Translations under genes and position numbers: made by a program
Origin: Utricularia gibba
Lineage: Eukaryota; Plantae; Magnoliophyta
NCBI GenBank assembly: GCA_002189035.1
Contig: NEEC01000009.1
Location: 1,054,001-1,118,000 of the forward strand
DNA length: 64,000 bases
Reading direction: 5' to 3'
The notes under the pieces: model-generated
What the model saw: the letters and a program-made list of their open reading frames with translations, nothing else
What the model was told of the DNA's origin: nothing
The model's database searches: none
In this document: piece by piece, positions 24,471-34,135 of the stretch
Layout: the number at the start of each line of letters is the position of its first letter
How positions within the stretch are numbered: position 1 is the first letter of the stretch

Positions 24471-25435
24471 TCAATCGTACATAACAGCCCCTGTAGCTAA
24501 TGGTTGGTACATTGGCAGGGGTGACCGATCTTCATGGGTGGGTTCCTGATGGTTGGTCAAAGTAATAAAAATGTTGTATTTTCCGGTACATCATTATGGA
24601 TTCGATCGGATATTAGTAAGAATCAGAACTGAATTAGATTAAATATTTGGGTAACGGTTTGTATGCAAAACGATTGATTAATCGATTCCGGATCCAAATT
24701 GATTTTGATTTAATTTCAGATAAGAATAGATTAGAAATGTTCTCAATTATAACTCATATTCTAAATATTAACATTTTCGAATCTTAATGTTGCTTTTTCT
24801 TTTGTTGTTGTCCAAATGACAAATTTTTATTGTCCAATTTAAATAATAACATTTTTTATACAAATAAATTATTTGCATAAAGAAAAATTATTCGATCCCG
24901 ATTCGGATAATATGGTTTCTAATAAATTGAATCTGAATCGGAGTCACATATTTAGTGATTTTTAGAAATACTAACATGTATTTTATTTATTAAGTTTCAT
25001 TTACTAAAGTTTCTAATTTATTTTATCAATTTTCGAAAATAAATAAAAAATCATAGAAAAAATATGAATTTAGACTTATTTCTTTTGATTTGAGTGAGTT
25101 TTTCCCAAATTACTGATTTTCATAAAAATTCACAACTTTTATTGGAATTATTTATTGTTTATTTCGAATCTAATAGTTTTTAAATGGTTTCCATTGTGGT
25201 CGGTTTCCCACGATCATCCCTGCTTCTGGAGCGTCCGACAGCCAAGTGAAAGTACAAAATTATCCACGACAGTAGCCGTTGCCGCACCTCTGATCCGTAC
25301 CCGGTTGACCTTTCCCCAATTCCGTGCATACATACTGCTGCTACAGTATAATAGATGGAGGGAATTTCTATATAAAAAGCAGATGCAAAATTAAATAGCT
25401 TCGCCGGAGGACGCACCGGGGTTCGCCGCCGGTCG

Positions 25436-25589
25436 GGAGCGAGGAGTCCACGGTGGAGAAGGGAGCACGTGCAGACTCTCGTAGCAGTTCTGCTCCTGCT
25501 CCTCCCCTTCCTGCACCTTGGGTTCAGCATTTGGAAGGGATCCTGAGGAAGATGCACGTGCCCTGCTTCTCCATCGGGGCCTTCGCTCC
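25436..25589 (-). ncRNA. MIR164: MIR164 precursor hairpin; mature miR164 at 25553-25573, star arm at 25454-25473
   Basis: Reverse complement of 25553-25573 is TGGAGAAGCAGGGCACGTGCA (canonical miR164); the 3' arm TGCACGTGCTCCCTTCTCCA pairs with it; lower stem GGAGCGA/TCGCTCC. Confidence 0.96.
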
Positions 25590-25625
25590 CCTGTCGGAAC
25601 CCGGGGAGGGGAAAGCCGGCATGGT

Positions 25626-25637
25626 ATTTATTTATAG
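25626..25637 (-). promoter_or_regulatory. Probable TATA box of pri-miR164
   Basis: CTATAAATAAAT on the minus strand, about 40 nt upstream of the hairpin base. Confidence 0.6.
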
Positions 25638-26637
25638 CAATCCCCGGGGGTGCTGGTAGCAGAAGCATCCTCTGCAGAAGCACATGGTCCCAATCTGGAC
25701 GCCTTCCTGGAAGCCGGCTCCGGTCGAAGGTCGTCATTGGCGGGGCTCCAAGTAAATGACAATGCGGAATTGCGTGTTCCGCAATTTAATACCAGAGGAA
25801 GGGAGGGAACTCTTATAATATATAATGTTATATCTAAAAATAAAGTGACATAATAAAACATATAAAAAAATTATAAATTATAAATAATCCATTGGTGTAA
25901 TTTTTTTATTATGACTTATGTTTCATATGTATTTAGATTTTATATGTGCATTCGTATGATTCATTTAATCCTTAATTTCAACACGAACAAACAGCTCATC
26001 CTCCTTTTTCTTTTTCTTTTGGATAATAATAATAATAATAATTTAAATTAAATTATTGATTTAATTTAAAACTACTCACATATTAAATAAAACACATTTC
26101 AAAACTACTATTAAATCGTTTATCAAACAGGAAGGGAAATGTTGGCAAAACTGGGAGATGTACGCGAGGGTGTTGAATTCAAAACTACTAATAAATCGTT
26201 GCTACGGGTGTTGAATTCAAGGGCAAATGAGTAAATTGGAATTAATGTTTGGATACCGTCAAATATTTTACCATAAAAAATCCTTGTTTCTTTCCACATT
26301 TACCCATATTTTACTTTTTTGGGCCTTCTTCAAGGAAAACATGTGAACCCTATCCTTTTTCGGTTAATGCTAATAATCTTCAGAGAATTTATTCTTCAGC
26401 TTATGTGACATGGAGTTTATGATCAGGGCTTCATGGTTATGGAGATGAAGAGAGTGTTAGATTCATAAATCTAGAATCATAAATTTGAATAAATATACAT
26501 AAATAAATAATTTCGAAAATTGTTGTTTGAGAAATAAACCAAATCAACGGACAAGGATTATTTCCAGAAATATAATGAAATTAAATTCAATAAAATTCCA
26601 AAATATTAATAATAATTTTTTTTTTTTTTGTAATTAG

Positions 26638-27593
26638 TTACTTGGGTCTTACTTCAATGCCTTGAAGAACAAGTCCTCCCTTAAGATGTGAACCCTTAGT
26701 TTCTTTGAATTCCATCTCCACCACTGCGTCACCACCGGCGCTGTGAAAATCTCCCATTTCCACCTCCAACCACCCGTCGTCTCGTGCGCAGGGCCGTCGC
26801 TCCTCGACCGAACCCACCTCTCCGGCTTTGCTTTCTCTGAGACGAACTAGCACTCGATTCTCGGAGCCTCCCACTTTTACTTCACCCATCATTGGAAGAA
26901 CGTCCAATCCAAAAGCTCGAGAAGCGATCTGAAAGACCAGATACACGCCGTAGTTCGTGTTCGGGGACAGGATTCCGGCGCTGATCTTTCCCTTGATTTG
27001 TAGCCATGAAACTGCAATGAGCTCCACTCCGATGGGGAACCTAAGAGACCTTGATCAATCATGGGGTCCGACCAAGTACAGGAATCAGGAGATACCATCA
27101 ATCCACCCCTACCTGGAATTCAAGAGAGGCTTCCAGCACCAGCAGAGAGAGTTGATGGACCAGCTGATCGAGAGCTCCCGAGGGCTCAGCATGTAGAGTT
27201 TCTTGCCCGTCTCTTGCTCTAACATGAAAGTCTGCACCATCCATGGTAACAATGCGTGTGTAACTAAACCGGGAAGTGTTGAGAATAACAATAGAATGTG
27301 ATGGAATCTGAAATCGTGAATAAAGGTAGATAGGCCACAACCTTGGTGCCTGCATCGATAAGCAAAGGGGAAGACGAAAGCTGGAAGAACAGCTCCTTCT
27401 TCGACGAGAACTTGACCGGAGAAACCGATCGCGATACAATTTCCTGGTAATCGGACGGCAGAAACTCCTCCCAAGTTGCGTCTGAATCCGCGGCCACCCG
27501 GAACGCCACAGACACGGCGGCGATCCGACAGGCGTCCCGGGGAGAGGTGAGAGAGATGACCGCGGAGAGGCATTCCTCCGGCAGCTTCTCCAT
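26638..27593 (-). CDS. F-box protein, PP2-B (phloem protein 2-like) family, 3 exons
   Basis: MEKLPEECLSAVISLTSPRDACRIAAVS (F-box), GKKLYMLSPRELSISW, LSPNTNYGVYLVF, RDDGWLEVEMGDF, LKGGLVLQGIEVRPK. Confidence 0.93.
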
Positions 27594-28557
27594 TCTACGT
27601 TGATGCCACTGACTGCATTCCCCATGGCATTTCACATTTCTATTTAGTGTAGTAAGAATGATGACATGCGCATCCATGATGATGACATGGATGTGAATGT
27701 CGGCCCAATCATGCCATAAATGGTAACTCCTTTTAAAAGTAGGCGAATCAATCCTGAATGCCACTTCACTAAAAAGGGAAAATGACACGTGTTTCCAGCA
27801 TACCGGAAGAATCGAAGTTCGGTAAGAATACTACAGTTGCCCAATTAAAAACCTTAATGAAATTGCAATAAATTAACATTAATTTTCTTTAATTTAATAG
27901 TATTTTAAACCCTTACATTGATTTTTATGGATAAATTAGAAATCATGCTATATATCAGTATTGCTGAAAAAAATAATTATATATAATATAATTTTTTAAA
28001 TTAATATACGAAAAAGAATATATAAATGATTATTTTTTTATGTAAATGATCTGGTTTTTATCAATGATGCAATGGGAGCCTCAGTGAGCTTGACAGGATG
28101 ACGACATGGATCTGAATCATGTTGACATCTTCACAGGATTCAATCCACTCACAGTAAAACTGCAAAGGGTTCCTCAACCTCAAATCGCATGCAAAACTGC
28201 GTAGCCTTTCTCATGCATGCCTAGGGAGCATGATGGCAAACTTATTCCTCCTCAGGATGGATGGAATGGAAGCTCTCATCACATATCGTGACCCAGATTC
28301 AGCACATCTGCTGCAAATCTGAGAAGCATAGCCTTGGAATGTTCATACGTTCGCCGTGTTCTGGGAAAACGGAGCGACTTGTGCAGACTGCTGCCGCTTA
28401 TTTTGCCTGTTCTGCGTGTATCTGAGATGCAGATTGTGTACTGTGTTATTTGCGTTTATAGGCTGTTTTACCCATAAGAGCACGCGTATGAAACGCACCT
28501 TTAAACTGCACTGAAACAAGGCAGGGTTGCTCTGGAGTGAATGGGTGAAGATGGTGG

Positions 28558-29055
28558 TTAGCAGAATTGAGAGTCTTCTGGGAGGAAGATCCCGTTTTCA
28601 TCGTAATGGAGGACACCGGATGTATTCAAAGGTCTGCATTTTCCACCCATGAGGATCCTCTTCTTACAAAGCTCATCTCCCACCTCTTCGTCCCCTTCGT
28701 TGGATTCGAGCATCGTTTCGCTGGCTCCGTGATCCTGAAATTTACCCGGTTTGAATCCCAATCTCTTGATACCGAAACCAGTGGTCTTCTTGAGAGCAGC
28801 GTAGAGAACAGACGGCATGATCGACGGCTTCTGTTTCACTCTCTGTTTCTTCCTTCTGCCGCTGCTGCTGCTCATGTGAGATCTCTTGAACGAGGCATTA
28901 CCAGCAAAACCTCGTTGGGTTTCTTCAGTCTTGATCGGTTGTTGCTGCTGACAATTGGCTTTTCTTTTGGTCCACCATGAAATGGAGATGATGGATCCAA
29001 TCTTCTTTGCCAATATGAACCTTTTGTTGCCCACATTTTCCTCTGAAAGTAGCAT
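28558..29055 (-). CDS. Small plant protein of unknown function (165 aa)
   Basis: ATG-initiated intronless ORF; C-terminal ELCKKRILMGGKCRPLNTSGVLHYDENGIFLPE resembles a recurring plant motif (recalled, unverified). Confidence 0.65.
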   Translation of the reverse strand: MLLSEENVGNKRFILAKKIGSIISISWWTKRKANCQQQQPIKTEETQRGFAGNASFKRSHMSSSSGRRKKQRVKQKPSIMPSVLYAALKKTTGFGIKRLGFKPGKFQDHGASETMLESNEGDEEVGDELCKKRILMGGKCRPLNTSGVLHYDENGIFLPEDSQFC

Positions 29056-29491
29056 CCCGCTCCTGTGTTTCAGTCGGTGAACATGAAGAAGACGAACAAG
29101 AAAAAGGGGATTTTAAAAAGCAGAAGTTAGAGTTGGTTTTGAGTTGGTGAAGAAGAGGAAAGTTTGGTAGATTACTGGGGCGAAGTGGGACTCGGAAGTT
29201 GAAACTATCCTGTTTTTAAGGATGGTTAGTTAGCCTCAGCCAGAGAGGGTTGGAACCCCCGGCTTGACCGGCTGCATCGGCTGGTCCGACGGGCTGGTTG
29301 ACCCATCGAGATTTCTGTATATATCAAACTTGATCGAAACGTGCACAGTTTGGTAGCCATTCATTGTGTTATTGCACAGATAAAACTAGCACAGCAACGA
29401 AACATAATTGTAAGAAGAAGCATCATCATCTCTCTAAAAGGATCAATGTTACCGCTAACGAGCACATAAATTGGTAATAATGTGTTGTTGG

Positions 29492-30523
29492 CTAAGCAGA
29501 AACTCCCTTTTCCTCGTCATCTTTGCAGTCGCCATTCTTCTGTTCCAGGAGTTTAACGAAAGGAGCTTCTTCTTCCTCTTTCTCTGCTTCTGCATCCCTG
29601 TGTGAATCTTTCAAAACTGTAACAGATTGCTGGTACAGGATCCCGCCTAGCAGAGTGAGAACAAGGCATAAAAGACCAAAGGCAGACGCATGCTTATCCC
29701 AGATCATCACATTTATGGCTACAGTCAAGAACTTGTTGACAACCCCTGTAACTGTAAACGCAGTTGCAGAGATCGCCATCCTAGTAGCAAAACCGAAGAA
29801 GCTTATAAGCAGCCCGAAAACACAAGACAAAGATACAGCAAGAAACGCAACTGGGTCGAAAAGATTCCCCTCTGATGATGAAACATTATGAAACGCTGTC
29901 GAATACTCCCCTGTTATGACCCAGAAAAAGGGTGCCAATATCAGAGATATCAAGTTATTGTAAAAGACATATCCCCATGCGTTGAGCCCGAGATTGGTGA
30001 CCATGTGTTTGATGTAAACCATCTCTGCTGTAATGGCCACCAGATAGGCAATAGCCCATGAGTAAGCTGTCAAGCTAAAGCCTTGATCTGTGGAGACATA
30101 TCCCACTGCACCTAACAGGATGATGATCAGCGACGCAAACGTAAGTTTGGAGGGCCAGGGCTGTTTCCTAAAAACAGTATCCGCAATCGCCACAAGAAGC
30201 GGCGTCAATGATCTGAAAACTATGAAGGTATCCACATTAGCATAACGGAGGAGGTTGGTATTCGTGTAAATCGCCAAGTAAAAAACAAGGGCAGCAGGTA
30301 AAAACTTCTTGGCTTTGTCTAAATTGAAGGCATCGTAGTGCAGGAACCCAACTTTCCCAAGAACCCAAACGCCAACCACCGAGGTCAAGTACTGCAGTGC
30401 CGTGAGGAGGCCCGGATAGTCAAATTTCCAGATGGCGAATTTGTTGATCACCGAAAGCAAACTGGAACACAAAGAATAGCCGATGACCAAACTGGTGGTA
30501 GCGTAATATTGATTTGACGCCAT
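29492..30523 (-). CDS. GFT1: Golgi GDP-fucose transporter (GONST4/GFT1-like), intronless
   Basis: LVIGYSLCSSLLSVINK, FLPAALVFYLAIYTNTNLLRYANVDTFIVFRSLTPLLVAIAD, ISATAFTVTGVVNKFLTV. Confidence 0.93.
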   Translation of the reverse strand: MASNQYYATTSLVIGYSLCSSLLSVINKFAIWKFDYPGLLTALQYLTSVVGVWVLGKVGFLHYDAFNLDKAKKFLPAALVFYLAIYTNTNLLRYANVDTFIVFRSLTPLLVAIADTVFRKQPWPSKLTFASLIIILLGAVGYVSTDQGFSLTAYSWAIAYLVAITAEMVYIKHMVTNLGLNAWGYVFYNNLISLILAPFFWVITGEYSTAFHNVSSSEGNLFDPVAFLAVSLSCVFGLLISFFGFATRMAISATAFTVTGVVNKFLTVAINVMIWDKHASAFGLLCLVLTLLGGILYQQSVTVLKDSHRDAEAEKEEEEAPFVKLLEQKNGDCKDDEEKGVSA

Positions 30524-31879
30524 CGGGGTTGAGAAAAAACCCTAACCGGCGGAATCCCAGAACAGAAATCCGAATCCGCGCAGACACCCGTGAATTGCGG
30601 ATTCATATGAAGGGAAGAGCATGCATTGTTGGAGTTCCCCCATTGAAACGGAAGCCGTTATCTCGCCATTCGCCACTAGCACGTACTTCATTCCCACGGA
30701 GGCCCTTCTGTATCCATACCCGAATCCCCGTAGTCGGCGCGGCGGTAGGCATCACCATACCAAACCGTTGAATAAAACCAGAAAATACATAGAATCTATT
30801 CGGAGTCAGACTCCACGCCGGTCAAGGGCAAATTTGGAATGGTCTCATGAGGAGGCATATTCCCTAAAATTACACGAGAAAACTGTTTTCAACATTTCAC
30901 GAAATAATAAATATATTATCCTGTTTTGTTGATGGACACTTTGCTTAATATATACTGTGACGATCCACACTTTACGTTTAATATATTATTCATTTTAAAT
31001 ATCCAATTTTCATAATTTTAAATTTCTCATTTTATAAAAAAAACATCATACAAAATTAGAAAAATCTCCGTATATTCTATATTCCGTTCATAGTTAATAT
31101 ACGAGACTATTAGTAGATCTCTAATCTCATTTACAAACCAATATATTCGACATAAGTTTTTTTTGTTATACTTTTCAAAAAAAAATGTAATGAAATGCTT
31201 ATGGAATTAAGTTATTTTTAAGTATAAATATTTTTTTCAGAATAGAATTATTTCTAAAATATTATTTCGAAATTCGAAAAGGCAGTAGTGGTGTGTGTGG
31301 TTGGAACGAGTCCACGACCAAAGGGTGTACCGGCCGGCCACCAAGGTCTTCATTTTTGTATGGAATCATGCATGCTTTGTTTTCTGTAAACGGGACAAGA
31401 TAAGGAGGCATCAAACTACGCATGTTTGCTTCTTTATAATTGCTCCCCCCACCCCTTTATTCTTTTCGATCTCACTGTGTCAATATTTGCAGCTGCTTTT
31501 CTTCTATTTCAGACTAGTTTTTTATTTTAATGTTTTTTAATGGATTGGAAATAATTTAAAATGAATTTCTGAGGATTATTATTAGATAATTATGGGGAAA
31601 AAAGGAATTGTATTAAATTGGAATATTGGGGAAAAGCGCGTGTGCTGCCCGGCCAATCAGAACTCACTCCAGTTTGTGTGTGTGTGTGTGACGGGGGTAT
31701 ATATATATACCCCTCCCACCGTCGTTCTTCTGCACCGCTTGCCAGGCCGCCGTTTTCATACGACTGGTGAGTCTCGTCGCCGTGCTTGGGTGCCGGATTT
31801 TAGGTTGATTTGTATGTTTATGGCGGAGGTTGATTGGGGGAGTGGGGAGAGGTTTTGCCTTTTGAGGACGTGGTTGGGA

Positions 31880-32395
31880 ATGGCGGAATTGTTGTCAACG
31901 TTGGATTCGCGAAAAATTGGAATCGAATCTTCGGGGACGGTTTCGTCGCTGCGAAGATGGGAGACGGTGGCGGAGCAGCGGATCTATTCGTCGAAGCTGA
32001 TCGACGCCTTGCGGCGCCTCCGCCGCGGCGAATCGAAGGCGATATCTACGCAGCGTGACGTACGCGACACTGCGGACCGCGTGCTCGCCCTCTCTGCAAG
32101 GGGCAGAACTCGCTGGAGCAGAGCGATTCTCAACCGTCGCCGCCGCAGGAGTTTCGGTAGAACACACAAGAAAGCCGGCAGACCTACGGCGGCTGTAAGT
32201 AGACCAAACAGGCCTCCGTGCAGGCCGTTCCAGAGGAGGATTAATGTGCTCAGCCGATTGATTCCCGGCTGCCGTAAAGCGTCGCCTCTCAGCCTTCTAG
32301 AAGAAACCACCGATTACATTTCCGCTTTGCAAATGCAAGTTAAAGCCATGACATCTCTAGCCGCCGCAACCGCTCAAATCAACGCCGCCACGTAA
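31880..32395 (+). CDS. Atypical non-DNA-binding bHLH, AIF / bHLH147-149-like
   Basis: RIYSSKLIDAL, VRDTADRVLALSARGRTRWSRAIL, RINVLSRLIPGCRK...LLEETTDYISALQMQVKAM; an in-frame ATG at 31820 is an alternative start. Confidence 0.9.
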   Translation: MAELLSTLDSRKIGIESSGTVSSLRRWETVAEQRIYSSKLIDALRRLRRGESKAISTQRDVRDTADRVLALSARGRTRWSRAILNRRRRRSFGRTHKKAGRPTAAVSRPNRPPCRPFQRRINVLSRLIPGCRKASPLSLLEETTDYISALQMQVKAMTSLAAATAQINAAT

Positions 32396-34135
32396 TGCCG
32401 GCGCCTCCCCCTGCTTCAGTTGATTTCAAATTACCGCTGCCAAAATATCTTAAACGCCGTTTCGCATTCTGCTTCACCGTACCGCTGCCACCGTTATAAC
32501 GACATCCAATTCGATCTGCAATAAAAATGCTTGCTTACCGCGTAACATGTCATAAAACAAGGCGCTGAATTCAGGAATGGGCCCCACATTGGGGGGTCCC
32601 AAAACAACAACTAAACTACCAGCGCACGCTGTTGCAGAGGCCATGTGGAAAAGGCATGCCTGGTGGGCCACACCCAAGTCCCCATGGGGCCCAGTAGCCA
32701 AGCTATGTATGGCTGGTTAGTTGGGTTGGCTCTTCGAAACCAGAGCAGTACATAACAGCATTTTTAGTGATTTCAGTAAATACTATGTATATTTTTTTTT
32801 ATTAAGTTTACTCTACAAAGTTTCTTAATTTACTTCATCAATTTTCGGAAACTAATAGGAAAATTATAGAAAAAACATGAAGTGAGATTTTCTTGTGAAA
32901 GCCAAACTTACTTCTTCTGATTTACATAAAGTGAGTTAATTTACGTAAAAATAATAATGATTTTCGGAAAGCTACACGCTCTAATAAATAAGAGATGCGA
33001 ATGTGTGATGCAGCAAGGCACATACGTCGTCTTGAGGGGGGGCCTGGGTTCATGGGGAGGGAACCAGCAGGAGCACATGGGGGCATGGCATGTGCATGTG
33101 GGATGGAGGCATGGGGACGCAAACTCATTGCTGTTCGTGTGTTGTGTCCCGGAGCAGAGGAGGTGCGTGATCTGGATCCTCTTGAAATGCATCCCAACGG
33201 AAACGCCCAACACACAAAAACAGTCCACGAGGGAGGGAGGAAGAGGAAGAGGAAGCACCCACACACGATGCCCAACGCCCGCTGGGGCTCCCCACGACTC
33301 CTCAATTATTATTCCTTTTCTTATTCTATGCATTTTTGTATGATAAGTCGCATACATGCATGTATGTATAAATTGCAGGGATGTGAGTATCCGTATGATT
33401 CCAATTCTAAAATCGAAATTGTACGGTTTCGAGTTGGTTTGAGATATTTGAAATCAGAAAATTACGGTTTTGATCTATGTGTAATCTATGATTCAAAATT
33501 GATGAATTATCGATTTCGTTTTTAAATGATCTTATATATTCTTAAAAATTGTTATTAAAGTTTTAAAAAATAATATATTTTTCAATTATTTTAACAATTA
33601 CTAAAAAAAAATAGTCTCTATTTTCAAAAATGTTTTTAGATAACATTAATAATTATTATGGAAATTTAAAAAAATAATCTAAAAATACGTGTATTTCATA
33701 GGCATCTAAATGTATAGTATTATGTGAATGCTTGAAAATTAATCTTCGCTTTAATGTTATTATATATTTAAATAAATATGGCCTAAATATTTTAAAATTA
33801 TTTTATGATTTTTGGGTTCCATATAACATTATTATAATAGTCCTAAAATTTTAATAATTATTTTCTTATTTATTAGTAATCTTTTTATATTATATTGAAT
33901 ACAATTTAACTTATGCTAAAAATGGTTCAATTTAAAAATATAAATAAAAAAATATGTTGTATCAGAATATTAAACAATGCTTTATTGATTCTTAATCTTC
34001 TATTACGAGATTCGATAGTGTGCTTGGTGAAGTAAAAACCCTAAACCCTGGTTCGGTCATCCTTTTTTTTTTCGTTGAAGGGAAGAAAGAGTCGATTTTT
34101 GGGTGGGAAAGAGAAGTGGAGTTGGGGTCTCGAGT

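Noticed and set aside
24486-24555. tRNA or tRNA-derived SINE (GTAGCTAATGG resembles an A box)
   Set aside because: No proper B box, no cloverleaf and no poly-A tail or TSD; kept only as a hairpin observation.
25180-25737. 185-aa minus-strand ORF, considered as a protein or miPEP
   Set aside because: It runs through the MIR164 hairpin and starts upstream of the likely TATA box at 25626-25637; no recognisable domain.
28064-28117. C/D-box snoRNA (ATGATG...CTGA)
   Set aside because: Imperfect C box, only about 50 nt between boxes, weak terminal stem, and no recognisable rRNA guide.
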